A stretch of DNA of 62,220 nt, counting the filler, from Sphacelaria rigidula (lineage: Eukaryota): the NCBI GenBank assembly GCA_964200075.2. It is 5 parts of 5 records of this genome, joined end to end, with 100 filler letters (N's around TTAATTAATTAA, not from the genome) between each part and the next. Parts side by side here need not be neighbours in the genome. Positions count along the whole stretch, not along the records: positions 24,934 to 37,296 come from CAXNAA020003852.1; positions 37,397 to 49,758 come from CAXNAA020003853.1; 3 more parts are not named here. The stretch is one strand, 5' to 3'. The position numbers and the translations under genes are program-made. The notes under the pieces are model-generated. The model was not told where the DNA came from and did not search any database. It saw only the letters and a list, made by a program, of their open reading frames with translations. Shown piece after piece: positions 25,600-38,948 of the stretch (position 1 is the stretch's first letter; the number at the start of each line of letters is the position of its first letter).

Positions 25600-27428
25600 G
25601 TGCAGCTTTTATCGTGCGTTCTAAAGCTGCAGTGTCTATTTCAGACAAAGCAAGAAGCATGCCTCATTGGATGTCGAAATCAGACGAGAGACGGAGTGCA
25701 TAATGCCTGTCGCCATCAAACTCTTGACACTGCGAATCCGAATTTTTGTCATTCGTGCCTAACTGAATTGGTCCAGCTTGGAAACACCGACGGTAATTCA
25801 CCCAAGCCCATTTCAGGAGTTTGCCACTCCAATTCCAAGCGAGCCTTCTCTGCTGCGGGAGAGATTATATAACACCGAAATAAATCGTCCCACGTTTCGC
25901 TTGGGCTCCTGAATATGGCAACGTGCTCTACGATATGGTAAAGCAATGTTATCGATGATAAGCTCCCAAGCCCCTTGAGCGTTTTCCCCTACAACATGAG
26001 CAAACTGCCTTCCGAGGTCTTCCTCGGGCTCAACAAAGACCCTGGTCGGGACTTGCGGGGAAAGGGCTTCAAAACCCTTCTCCTGCCTAAAGTAAGCCAC
26101 CACCTGTCCCTGAAAAAACGGGGTTTACGGAATGGCTTAGTTATCTCTGTTTACCGTCCTCGTCTTTGCGGGGGTGCCCTGCCTCAAATCTGTAGTCTCG
26201 AGTGATGGATACCTTTTTCACGATCATATTCTTCGATTGCCTCGCTTTTAGCTGCTTCAATGACATCTCTGACTGGTTATCCTCTGCCGTAACTCTTCAA
26301 TCAGTCTCTCTTCATCACCCATCACCCTCTGGATGGCCATTGCTCAGTATCCCTCTGCCCTCTGTCCTAATTCTTCTTATACTCACTTCGATCACTGTCT
26401 GTACTTAGTTCCTCATACTGCTTACTCAATGTTGGGACTCCCTATTTCTGCGAAGCTCCCCAAACTTGGTAGCGCTATCGATAACTCCTTGCACTGTGCC
26501 GACTCGACAGAGGGGAAAGTATATCCCTGTATCATTTAATCATTTCACTCTTGACTCACCACTCAAACATAACCCGTAAAACCACACGCTCCTTCCAAGC
26601 TGCTACTAAACCCCCAAAGTCAAGAAACCGAACCAAGTGAGACGAGGTGGGCGCCTGGCACCGGAGTCGTAAACATCCGGTACACTGGTCCATACACAAT
26701 CTCGCCGACGTGATTGGTCCACTCTCGGATTGCCCCGCTAATCCAGTACGCATTCAGTCTGACCGTGTTGGCACAAGATTCAATGCTAGTACACACACAT
26801 AAGGATCTAGTCCGGGCATATTTGAATATCCCTGAATAGATACCTTCCCCGCATACGAATATTATTTACCGTATATGCCAACACCGTATAGAAGACATAT
26901 TCGTCTTCAGGTTTCACGAAGTAAGATGCAACACCAAGCCAGTGTCATACGTGACCAGAAAATTCCATGAGGAGTAAATATTTACCATCGAAACCCGCCG
27001 ACACCTCCTAACAAACACTCCAACGCATGTAAATATTTATACCTTGTACCCGCCACTCATGAGTGTCCCCATTTGTCTTGACAACCCACTTACAATCTAC
27101 TCCGTGCAAGGTTTCTGCGTGGGACGAGGACAACCATACGAATACCTTCATCCTAAAGGTTGGCACGCAATATTTCTTGCTATGATATCTACGTAAAATG
27201 GGCATTGTGCACACGTCCAACCTCTAAGTATATACATTCTATGTCTGGAAGCGCAGTGCCACAGCAGTCGTCTACCGCGCCAAAGAACCCCTTTTCCGAC
27301 TTTCAGGCAGGCACAGTGGCGGCAATCGGCGCACGCGTGTATCTTATTCGCACACAATATTGGCACTAAAATACGGTTTTTAATGTGAGGACAACAATAA
27401 CAACAACAACAACAACAACAACAACAAT
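25600..27428 (+). mobile_element. Decayed non-LTR retrotransposon with (CAA)n tail, possibly CRE-like
   Basis: Ends in acggtttttaatgtgaggacaacaataacaacaac..., the same end as 23860-23912 (-). Upstream degenerate frame HLSLKKRGLRNG...GGALPQI resembles the post-RT LPxxxGGxG motif. The 5' limit is uncertain. Confidence 0.5.
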
Positions 27429-27480
27429 ATGAAAACAACAAGCGAGCGCGGAACGCATCAAAAATTCCGTAGAACTCAAT

Positions 27481-27773
27481 GTGAACTTGCGTGTACACAG
27501 TATACTCAGTACAGCATGGGATTGTGGGCAAGATGTTTCTGAACAACACCATGCACGTCTGCCTCAAGTGGGCGTGGTATTTAAGTAGTACCAGGCCAAA
27601 GGGGCTGGGGTGTCTACGAATAGACACAAACGTGAACTTGCGTGTACACAGTACTCAGTAAAACATTATACTTCGGGCAAGAGGTTTCTGAAAACGCCAT
27701 ACACGTGTGGGACACTTGAGCGTGGTATTCGGTATTCAAGTAGTACCAGGCCAAAGGAGCTGGAGTATCCACG
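27481..27773. repeat. Tandem duplication of about 150 bp
   Basis: gtgaacttgcgtgtacacagta at 27481 and 27632; aagtagtaccaggccaaagg present in both units. Confidence 0.85.
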
Positions 27774-27981
27774 AGGCGACACGACTGGCGACTGTTCCTT
27801 TCGCACTATGTTCTCTGTAGTCGCTTCGCCAAACACATGCTCGGCCGGGTCGAGCAGCACACAAGTACGTTCCTGATCATGAAGCGACAGTCAAACGATC
27901 GATGACCCTGCGGTGCCTTCATCGAAGGTCCTCGAGTGTTCCTCGTGTAAAGGCTTAGCAGGAAGAGAGGCTTCCCTGGGC

Positions 27982-30900
27982 TTAGCACTCGTACACGGCC
28001 GGCCCTCTGAAGTTTGCAATGCTAACCTGGTGATATCGGAAACACCGAACAATATCAATTGGCCCGACGAGTGAACACTGGAGTGAGCTCTAGAATCGCA
28101 TAACCGCAACGTTGATAATTCGAACGGAATAGGGGTGCGAGCGGGTGTGCTGATCACGAAATCATGAAACATAAAAAGCAGATTGCAGTTATGCTTCAAA
28201 GACGTTAGAGGTGAATCGAACACATCGGCTAATATCACATGTGTGTCGTGCCCTACAGGCTGGGCCAGCCTACAAGCGGATTTGTACCTTGCAGGCGAAC
28301 TCGCAATTTTTTTCTTGGGGTTGGAAAATGAAATTTGGTATGGACAATCAACAGGGTATGAAGAAAAGCTGTCTGTGAGGTCCCAACGATTTTTTTTCTT
28401 CTTTTGGTGAGTTACGGGCATTTTACTGAAACCACAAAACTGATTTTTGCTCTTAATTCACGAAAAAGAAAAACGTTGGGACCTCACAGACAGCTTTTCT
28501 TCATGCACAGTTAATTGTTCACACCAAATTTTACTTTACAACCCCAAGAAAAAAAATGCGAATTTACATTTGAAAAACCTAGGCGGTGGAAAATCGGAAC
28601 AGTATTTTGCAGGTCGTTTATCGGCCCACGTTTGGTGTTTGTGGGTTGAAACTTGGTGTGGGACCTTGCTAGATCGTGATGAACCAAGAAAATGGGTGAG
28701 GATGGGTTTTTTTTTATTTTTTCACTGATTGAGGGCATTCTAGTATGGTATGGATGATTTTTTTACGAGAACGCCCGAACCTCTCATGAAAAAAAAAATG
28801 AAGGTCCATTTTTTTTTTTTTTTACTCGGCATACCTCTGTCGTTCTCCATGCCAAGTTTCAAATCACAATTATTAAAATTGAGCTGTAAAACGAGTAAAG
28901 GCGCAAGAGCAATGTTAATTTCTGCTCAAAACCCCCTTAAAAACACGAAACAAAATGGAAAAAAAGGGGGGAAAAAAACGGAAAAGCTGGGGGGTTTTTT
29001 CGTTATGCACTAGCGGTTCTCTATACCAAATTTCATACGTAGCATAACTCTCAAAAACTGAGACGCGATATCCAGATTTAGGTCATCTAGTGCCTCTGCT
29101 CATAATATACTGATTTTAGTTTTGAACCTTATGTGCGTCATTTCTCGAGATAGATAACGAATGAGGTGAAAGTGAGGGTATCTATCGTCTCCCCGTGCTT
29201 CAGGGAAGGTCCACACCAAAAATCGTCATCATCCGATTGATCGATCGTTCGGGGTTTCATATAGATTTTAATGTGGACGCTATCTCCGCTAGGTATAGGA
29301 ATTACTAAACATGGGGTTTACTCGACGAGGAAAAATTGGCCCAGATTTTTGAGCAGATGGGCACCTTCCCCTTGATCAGACGATTAATGCGTTATGCAGA
29401 TCACGGCCCAACTCGTCTGTGTCGTTGAGATACCGCTTTAAGAGCTTCAAATCCGTTTTTAGGCTGGCCCAGCCTGTAAGCACACGCTGTACCGTTGTTC
29501 AGGCATCAACAATTTCGGCAAGCGTTTGTTTCAGTAGAATGAGTTTCCTTCGCCATGTGCGGTACCCGATTTTACCTCCCACCCGTGGGTGTCCACAGAC
29601 AGTGGGCATCACCGTTGTCGAGATTATACATGCGCGTATTTTATCCCAGCTTTTTATGGATAGATGTGGTCGCACCGGAGGGCATTTCTTGATATGTCGG
29701 GTAATCCATGCCTACACCACGCACGCGAATGACGCTTTGTCCTGCGTCTTTCTATATGCTAGAAAATGTTCCTGTCTACGGACGATTCTCAACCGCCTCT
29801 TTTGAGTCTTTGCCATGGCCAAAACGCGGGCACTGCAGCGTACACATTTATAAAACCTTCCATCACGTATACTGACCATGTTGTCCTCGATGGTGCGCGC
29901 GTTGTCCTCATCTGGAGTGCCGGTATACTTGCCCTCGTACACGTAGTCCGGGTTGGAGAAGAAGTTCATTCGTGGAACCCAGCCATTTGGATCGTCGCAG
30001 GGGTAAGACATGACAGTACGGTACCTGAAAGGATGACGGTTGGGAGCGCCACAAGAATGCGTGTTACCAACAAATTTTGCTTGCTTACAATAAAGCAACT
30101 CCTTGCAATATGCATCATCCCTGGGTGTCGCAACCCGCACCCAGCTCTCTCATCACGAATCTTGCGCCATGGCAAACGTACCAGTAGTTCCATCGCATGT
30201 CAATCTACACTTCCCAACTCATGCACAGGGGGGGGGGTGTACTCATGATCATGCATGCCATAGTCATAAAACCATTGGCCTCGCAATGGGAGACAGATTG
30301 AACCAATCAGAACACGAAATTCGCTCCGGAAATTTTAAGGATACAACTTACTCCCCACACCGTTGAACGGTCGAGCCTGCTTGCAATAAACGTTGAGCGT
30401 TTCAGCGACATCGTGGTTAAAGGCTAACCATGTTGCTTGCAATGGACAACACGTGTCACAGAGAAATCGTGATTGAAGGTTAAATTGCTACGAGTAGATC
30501 CTCGAAAGTATGCATGCGCAAAACTCACGGATCTGTACCCTCGCAGTAGCGGTGGCCATGGGAGTAATCCGTGTGGTCATCGGGGTCGATGCTGTCCCTG
30601 TTGTGCCAGCATCCAAAGTTATGGCCAAACTCGTGCACATGCGAGTAGTTTTCGAAACACGCAGGCATCACGATAGAGAACACGTCCATGTCGTCGCCTG
30701 TGTAGAGGTCGCTGAAGAATCCGAGAGCAGGGAGAGGGGGGGGGGGCGAGCAATGGTATCGAACGGCACTCACTCATGGTGCAAAGCAGTCACCAAATGA
30801 AGGCCCGTCGAGGAGGCATTGTGTCTTGAAACGTAGGACGGAAATGCGTTAAAGTTTTTTCCACGATCGATGACGTGGTGATGGTCTGAGCTTCATGACA

Positions 30901-33900
30901 GATAATTCTGCACGCTCGGTCGCAGAGGCGTTAACCATGGATTCCCTAGAGAGCACGCACACGGGCGGAAACAGCGCTACAGGTTCGCTTGAACTATGAT
31001 ATACCAGGAGCACGTCGCTTGAATCCGTATCATACACATGTTCGAATAGCTGCGGCCGACGTAATCCAGACAGACACAGACAGTAGACGCCGGTGTGCTA
31101 CAGAGTCAGATATTAGCCTTACAGTCACTGACCCGCGCCCGCAGACGTCCTCGTCGAAAACGCCTATCACTTGCACCAGATCAGCTTCGAATTCCATGCG
31201 GTCGTCACCGATCTGTCGTACATCAGCGATGAAAGCAGGGAGGGCATGGTGTCTGTTTCAACGCTGACCAGGTTTGGGGCATCTACCATTCCGCTTGCAT
31301 CACGGAGCGGTTGTGGTCGCCGCAGGCGCCGTTCCTTCTCAGAGAACGTTGCTGAACTTACCCGGACGTTTCGATCGATGTGTGCCTGCTTCATCATCCT
31401 ACTCTATTGCACGATGATGTCCAATACAAGGCATGGATATCTCGAACTTCAAGCATATAGCCGTCGTACTCACCCAATCGGAGTCGTGCAATGCATCTAG
31501 TGCCTCGTCGGTGTCGGTGGCTGATTCGAACGAGATCTGCCGAAAGAGGGAACAAGTGGCGAATCATTGGATAGCCGGAGGGTTCCACGTGTCTTTCAGA
31601 TTACAAGCACCGCAATACCAGAAATCTTCGGCGCATAAACCCTCAAACTAACGAGAATCCGCGCAGCGAATGGAGTGCACGAAGTATAGCAAGAGGCGAG
31701 CAGGGACATGAAAGTCACGAGAATCGTAGGACAACGCACAGCATTCGGACTGTCGGAGCAAGCGCCGCATCGGCTGGCTGACTTCCCCATCCAGCGACCT
31801 ACGGCCTTTGTGGTGACGAAATAATGGCGTTTAAGGCTCCCGTGTAGACACAATCTCAGTACTAGTACATATATTACTCACCCCTCCTACGGCTGTCACG
31901 GTGAGGGTGAGAGCGACACCGGAGTGTAGCATGGCTATATTGGTCTCTTCCACGAGCCCGAGGATGGCCGACGTCATCTGCGACGAGCTTATATGCCCCA
32001 TTGCGATCATAGCCTCGTCGGTGTAGTAGTACAGCACATCGATCTGTCGTCGTGTCAATTATAGTGATATGTAGGTCGGTCAGCGGATGGGGTAGTGGGT
32101 GAGGCCCATGCAAGAATCTCCATGATGTACATATACAACTCAGAATTTGAAGGCGTATTTGAATGTGACGCCATTGAAGAAAGCGTATATGAACATCAAC
32201 ACGAAACGGGGATGTACGAGCAGCAAGAATACACGCACGGTGTCGCGATACCTCGTGCTACAGGGCCACGAGTATGACACATACACCACCTTTCCCTAAG
32301 GTGGGCGGCAGTCGATATTTTTTGTCTGTGCATTTCGTCGGTGAAAACGATATCCGTATATGAAACAATTTACATTGGGGATGCCACTTATCGAATCAGC
32401 TGCAAAAAAACACTCACGCACATTCGTGTAGCAATCGGCTAGCTGCAGCTTGCGGTAGCTCCGCGTGACCATGGGTTTCCCGTCGACCTCGGCCAGACCG
32501 CGCGCGCGAAGGTGCCGACTGCGGTGCGAAGGGTCCGAAGTAGACGCCGATGTCCCCGAAGTACCGCTTCTCCTAGCGATGGATCTTACCTTTCCATTTT
32601 TCTCATTGATGTCTGTTTTTCTTCGCTCGCTTTCTTGAAGGGGTGTCATGGACAACTGCGAGCGGGGTAAAGTGGAAAGGAGGGGAAACGCTCGTATGAC
32701 TGAGGCAAATCGCGCTGAACACACGCCGGGATGAGACCGACCTTCCCGTGTGCAAGACATTGCATACGTGGTGCCCCGCCCATTATTTATGCTACCACTC
32801 CGTGACGACAGTATTATCAGTGCTTACTCCCAGCATGCGTCTCATGCGTAAGTCGTCAAACTACGTTCCACGTGCGAAGAAACGTGTAATATTTTCGACA
32901 GCGAACAAACGTCTACCCCACATTTCGAGTCACCATTTTCAATGTCTTGCAGCATTAACTAGCATCTTGCACTAGAATTACAAAATCCACTAGAATTACA
33001 AAATCCATGTCCGCCAATCTTTCGATTTTGTGCATTACATTCACCTCAGCCAAGCAGATGTCCACCTCCCCGCCAGCGTCGCACGGGACTGTCTTCAGTA
33101 CGGTAGTGGTGCCATCTTTCTTGTGGGAAACCATCTTCCACACGAAAATCTGCGTAGAGGTAGATGCGGCAGAGGGGCGTGTTACGTTGTCATCCCGCCT
33201 ATTCGGAACGCCAGTCTACACCTTTCGGTATATGTGGGCGCATCAGCCGGTGTCGCGCAGGAGGAAGGCTAACACAATATTTCTTCTATTAGTTCTCCAC
33301 CTTCCTTTTGAGACTGCATATTTGTACGAGGTGGGTGAGCCAAGAGTGTGTTAGCGGTTGAGCAGTTCTGCCCTGCTTACTTTCAGGAGTTGAGAGTCGA
33401 AACATTGACACGATATTATAAAAGTAAAGATAATACAACAAGCATGAAATAGTGGAAGTGACCAAGAAACACACACACACCCATATACCCACAACGTTTG
33501 AGCGGTGTGAAAATTCGAAAAAGAACAATAAATACGTATCAACTCGATGAAAAAGAAAAACTCCAGGCTGCTTCCATGAAAACGTTTCAACTTGCGTGTG
33601 AAATGTCGTCATAGAGCCTGTGCTCAAAACTCCTGAATTGGGCAAGGCATTCCAACTTCAACGTGACGCCTCTGCACCAGGTTTTCCAACTGCTACGGGA
33701 GACTTCTGTCAGGGCGGAAAGTCATGAGTTGGAATGCCGCCAAATCCTGTTGTTTTACAGTCTGGCTCCATTGTACTGCGTGGGAGGATTGCGTGCTTAG
33801 GGGGCCGCATCGGAGGTTAGACACCCCTATGGTTAGGGTGAGGGTTGGGGTTACTGTTGGGGTAGGGTCAGGGGCGTAGTCCCCGTGGGAGCTGACCCGA

Positions 33901-35454
33901 TTGGTTTTGAAAAACGTCGATCCTGGGGTGTTTTGAACTACGATGCGATCCTCTGAGCACGCGGTTCTCCCTCCCACGCATTACACCGTTGTTAAGGTCA
34001 TATAGTTTGAGGTACTTTTCTTTTTCGTTCTTTCTTTTTAGCGGCAGATCGTGCTATCATCAGCAGGTTGGTCTGCAGTTCACAGCTATATACTCACACC
34101 GGGCGGAGATTCAGTACACTCAGAACGGTATCGTGTGTAGACTTAATGCGGGTTTCTTGGCTGGCCCGGTTCGTTACTGTGCCGGGGCAGCCAAAACGAT
34201 ACTTACAAAGATGGTACCTAAAGGTGTCGGCGTCGTGATGTTTAGACCCAGGGAAAAAGCGACAGGAGCCAGTCGCTGCTTACCTCAGGGTCGCAGTCCG
34301 AGCCCCATGTCATGCTGAGAGTACGGGGCTCAGCCTCGTCTTCAGCTTGAGTGGGGTCCGTCACGGTTCCAGACCAAATCTGTAGAATCACACGTCATAT
34401 ATTCATATAGAGAAAGGGGTACGTTAAATGAGAATATTTAAAGACACGTGGCGGGGGGCGTGGAACTGCACGACTGCGATGGTTTCAGACACCTCAAGTG
34501 TGGAAAATTACCAGCTCTACAACATCAGCAGGGCGACACAATCAATCAGCACCAACGAGGAGGCCCCATGTGAATGATCAGCACGAACCATGACCAACCG
34601 TAGATATGGGGTACTCGTATGAATTTTACAAGCCAACAAAAGCGACCGGTCGAAGCAGCATCATCGCAGGATGAAAAAAATATGGTGTATTTGGGCAGAA
34701 GTTTTCACGGTTCGGACGAATCATCGCCGGTTTGAGTCACCAAATCTACGATTTCTTAGGCCTAGTTGCTCGAAAGAGAGAAAAAAGGTCGACCGCTGGT
34801 CAAGCTGGTCTCCACGCAACTTTTGCGCCATTTCACGTGCCTGGGCTGCGCGCACCTGGGTTGCAGCGCTGAAAACGAAGCTTAAGAATTGATTCGTACG
34901 GTACGAATCGATCACACTAAAATCAAGTGATACCCGGATGAATCATTATTTCGTCGGACCCTTAGAATTTTTTCGAGTATATATATATACTGTAGGGCTT
35001 ACATGGCGATCCATGCCGTCCTCGAATGCTCCTCCGTTGAAGGTGACGTAAGCATCTTGTTCCGCGACAACCGACTGCGTGCAAAAATGTACGGTGTCGA
35101 GAGGGAAGATGCGTTTGTTTTTCCGAAGACAAGACAACTGCTGTATATATATTTACGATCGTCGGCACGGATGTAGCCGAGTGCCCTATGAGCAGCTGCT
35201 ATTCGACGGAGTTGGGTACTGGGATGTGCAGGCTATAGTTCAGCTCAAGAATACTTGAGGTGCGCCACAGACATCATCTTACTATGCCATTCACGGCGGC
35301 AGAACCGCACTGCTGTACTTGACTGTTCTCTTCTGTACGCTACTGTTTGATACTGTGTTCACCTTGTCCTCGTCGATGGCGAACCTCAGCGCCTGCGCGT
35401 CTTGCGCCCCCTCAAGACTGTCGCACAACAACGACACCAGCGACACGCCGACAA
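27982..35454 (-). CDS. Secreted zinc metalloendopeptidase, metzincin (M12/reprolysin-like); first exon not located
   Basis: Phase-consistent exons: 35454-35363, 35074-35003, 34379-34284, 33149-33045, possible 32958-32911, 32655-32422, 32043-31882, 31536-31474, 31212-31133, 30711-30529, 30024-29877, 28026-27982 (stop TAA). Contains IDVLYYYT, ADLVQVI, CGRG, the zinc motif HEFGHNFGCWH (HExxHxxGxxH), the Met-turn YRTVMSY, FFSNP and C-terminal VSIANFR. Hydrophobic N-terminal VGVSLVSLL suggests the end of a signal peptide. Confidence 0.92.
28256..29476. mobile_element. Non-autonomous TIR DNA transposon (about 1.2 kb) with TA target duplication, in the last protease intron
   Basis: Left end TA|caggctgggccagcctacaagcggatttg is the reverse complement of right end caaatccgtttttaggctggcccagcctg|TA. 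Internal hairpin arms at about 28295-28420 and 28450-28568. No ORF. Confidence 0.88.
30228..30290 (+). repeat. Dispersed repeat terminus (Gn-tgtactcatgatcatgcatgccatagtca...cattggcctcgca); also at about 47320-47365, 56005-56056, 62120-62220
   Basis: Same 50-60 bp motif on three scaffolds, and internally duplicated at 62127-62200. Confidence 0.75.
33185..33280 (-). mobile_element. 3' segment of the element seen at 22680-22776
   Basis: tacacctttcggtatatgtgggcgcatcagccgg is the reverse complement of ccggctggtgcgcccacatacaccgaaaggtgta. Confidence 0.7.
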
Positions 35455-36957
35455 CTGCCACAAGACACGCGGCGCGATGTACAGGTAACGGTTAGATTAG
35501 CCTTAGACTTTGGATTTGATCGACGCAAAAAAAAAACAGGAGGAGTAGATTTAACTGGGGCGAGTTCCGAGTCAACGCGGAATATGTTTAACGGAGGGGT
35601 GGTTTCTCATCGAAAATCTCCGGGTTTGAAAAATGATCACCTAAAATGTTCAGCGTGAGGTAATGGGAGGGTGAGGATGACGAATCCGGTGTCGGAAATT
35701 GCAAAATCAGTTGTGGTGCATCGGTAATCTCCTTTTGTCGTGACCGCTGGGCCCTGCCACCCAGCCTGAGCACCGCTCATACAAGAGCGTCTGGCACCTC
35801 CGAGTTCTTGCCTCATCACCAATCTGCGTGGCTTTTCCTCTCTACAATATATCGACGAAGCGGGGGGGGGGGGGGGGGGGGGGTGTCTAGATTGGGTCGG
35901 NNNNNNNNNNAGTTCCCCTAGGCATGGGTGAAAGCGCATATGTCCGCGTACTCATTTGTTGGCTGCCTCAGTCGTTTGACCATTGACCACGCATCCCTTT
36001 CGAGACGGAGCATCGACGAAGCGGGGTCGAATCGAGCAATGACGTGAACAAAATAGTTCGGGAACGCGGCGAGAAAAATATTTCAGAGGCATGGAGACTT
36101 TTTTGCACACCATTTTGACAATCTTTTCGGGTGTTTCAGAGAGAACCACACAGTCGTTGTTGTTATTGTTGTTGTTGTTGTTGTTGTTGTTTTTGGGGGG
36201 CAGGGGTGCACGAAAACAAATCCCGCACACCTACGTACCCTTCCCCCCCTTCCCCCCCCCCCCGAGGACAATTTTGTTTTCTATTAGTATATGTAGTATA
36301 TATGTCCTTCCTTCTGCCTTTCCCCTCTCAACTCGCGTCAACAACCAACGCACGTAACCCCCCGAACACTTGGTAAATGCCCACTTGTTGGAAACACCTG
36401 CATGCCTCTGTGGGTTGGCTTGGGGTTGTTTTAATGTTCGTGGTTGGAGACGATCGCCAACCAAGGCCATGCCCTCCCGCGGCGACGTTGTACACACGTT
36501 CCAAAAAAAAAACACAACTTACAATTAAGCTTGTGCAAATCGGTAATAACGAAAGGGATTCATGAACCTACAACAGTGGTAGTGTGTACAGTGTTCCAAA
36601 TAATGCAGTATGCGATCGGTCTCCGAAACAAGATAGGATTTAGTATGGGACTCTTTTTCGAGGACAATTTCTTCGAGGTGGCTGGTTCCTTCACCGATGA
36701 GTACTGTACTAGGGTAATCAGTTACCCTCCAAACGTTACCGTACATTACCGTGATGTCTGGATACCGTGGTAAACGTCATTAACCTCAGAAAGGCACGCC
36801 GAAGTAAGCTTTGGTTTTTTTCTATTTATTATTCATCATGCATTCACTGTTTTAACTATTTATTTTTGCTATCCTTGTTTTATCTTCTGAGTCATTTTTC
36901 TCAAGTGTATTCTTATTCATGGTTCGATTATTCGATTTTTTATCAATACACTTTAGG

Positions 36958-37150
36958 GCTGGTCGCCCGGGTGGTTCAGTTGATAACCTGGAACCTTCTG
37001 ACGGTTGTGTCGTGGGTCCGAATCTCGCTGAAGTCACACGATCTTGGATTTTTCCTCACACCATGGCCAAAGGTGGAGAGCGATCATGTCGTGGGTACAT
37101 ACAGTTTGACTTCACGGTCGGCGAGGGAAAGGGACCGCTGACCCTCCCTC
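36958..37150 (+). mobile_element. tRNA-derived SINE, second copy
   Basis: ggtcgcccgggtggttcagttgataacctggaaccttctgacggttg...gtggagagcgatcatgtcgtgggtacatacag aligns to 22418-22600. Confidence 0.78.
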
Positions 37151-37296
37151 AATGAAAATTAAGCAAGCACCGCAGACCATGGCAGAAGGAAGGTGAAGAG
37201 TCATGTTACCATAGGGGGGGGGGGGGGGGATTTTGGGGCGTTTTTTTCCACGAAAATCTACTCGGAAACGGCGGCGATAGCGACAAAGGTAGTTTG

Positions 37297-37396
37297 NNNN
37301 NNNNNNNNNNNNNNNNNNNNNNNNNNNNNNNNNNNNNNNNTTAATTAATTAANNNNNNNNNNNNNNNNNNNNNNNNNNNNNNNNNNNNNNNNNNNN
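37297..37396. other. Artificial scaffold linker
   Basis: Same N44-TTAATTAATTAA-N44 structure. Confidence 0.98.
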
Positions 37397-38948
37397 CCTA
37401 GTAACCCTATCGAAAAGCGTAGGCAACCTGAAGAGAGGCATCACTTTTCAGGTCAGTAGTGTTGCCGAAGACGTTCATGCTCCATCATGACCGAGTAATC
37501 ATGTCCCCCTCTGTAGGCCGCCCGTTGGAACTATTCCTGGCAACAGTAACCCCACGGAAGCGCTTCCGAGCGTAAATAAATCCGAAAATTGGACACAATC
37601 CCGCGGAGCGGTGGATTCTCATTTCAAAATATCTTCTCATTTTTCTGGCAACCCTGTTAATTATGCATCATGAGTTCGAATCCCGACACATCCTCTTTTT
37701 CTTTCGTCCGTCGTTGAGGTCACACATTATGCAGTGCATTTTTTTCTATTTTTATTTTTCATTCAGCGGCGGTGCCGTGTGTCACCAGGTTGGTCTACAC
37801 TTCACAGTGATATGCTTACATCGGGTTCATTCGGGAAAAAAATGGGTAAGCTGCGGCGTGAGCAAGTTTTAACAGCTTTCATGCTGGCCCAGCTCGTATA
37901 TTGACTCGGAACGAAATGTCATAATTCTCAGTCTGGCAAGATAGCACGAAGTCCCATGTCCGTCAAAAACGGACAGTCATACACAGTACACGCAAAAATG
38001 ACCAGTTGCCGAAAAATTGCTGTGTGTATCCTCCCAAAAATCCGCGCTCGAGTGTTCCATGAAGAGACAATGGTCGGATAACTTCGAGGGCCTTGAAATT
38101 GACCCTCACTGTAAGTACACATCGATGAAGAACTCGTTTATTCTCAGCCGTCGGCAGCGTTTTCCCCGTAAAGGCCACCGTGAAACACACCGTCAGGTAG
38201 ACAGTGCTACCTCGGAGCAACTAGCCCCTGTGTGCGTGGAGCTTCCAACACACTTGCGGCAATTCGGGGTACTCGGCGGTTCTGAAGTCAAGGGTCAGCT
38301 GGTGACAAATGTCCCGAAATCATGTGTCGGGTCCGATGGGTCGACGCTAAGGAAGTATCCACGGAGACCATGCAGTACTCCTCCTTATGTTTCGTTAGAT
38401 CAGGAATAATTGCCCAATGTTGTGTAATGTTATCGGAACGGCGGACTATGCCATTGCCTCGACCACAGCTATCTCAACCACATGCATCCCCACTAGTTAA
38501 TAAAATAGTTAGGCATTTTAATGCAACACCAATGAACAGTATCAACATGAATGAATGAATCGATTGATCGGCTAATTCAGCAACTAATTTATCGACGTTG
38601 AATATATCTTGCTGACGCCGGACATTCCACATGTGTTAATCTACACTAAATCCACAGTCAGCCGAGGCCCGTGATTTCTTCAACGTCTGTCATCATGTTG
38701 CACCCGCGACAATACTTGTGATGAAAATCGGGTCATCATCTACATCCGAGTATCCATGACAAGCCTCCCACCGTGCCCTTCTCCAGTAGCTAACACAACA
38801 AAAAGTTCCGATCCGCTCACGCACCGACGAAAACGGCATGCAACACGCTGAATTTACATCCTATACTCCAATGCATACACCAAGATGTAGAGTGCTAAGG
38901 CTGCACGAGCTGCGGCATCAGTGCAGCGTTTCCCACTGTACACTCAAG

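Noticed and set aside
36525..36760. Candidate first exon of the metalloprotease
   Set aside because: No signal-peptide-like start with a phase-1 donor that I could support.
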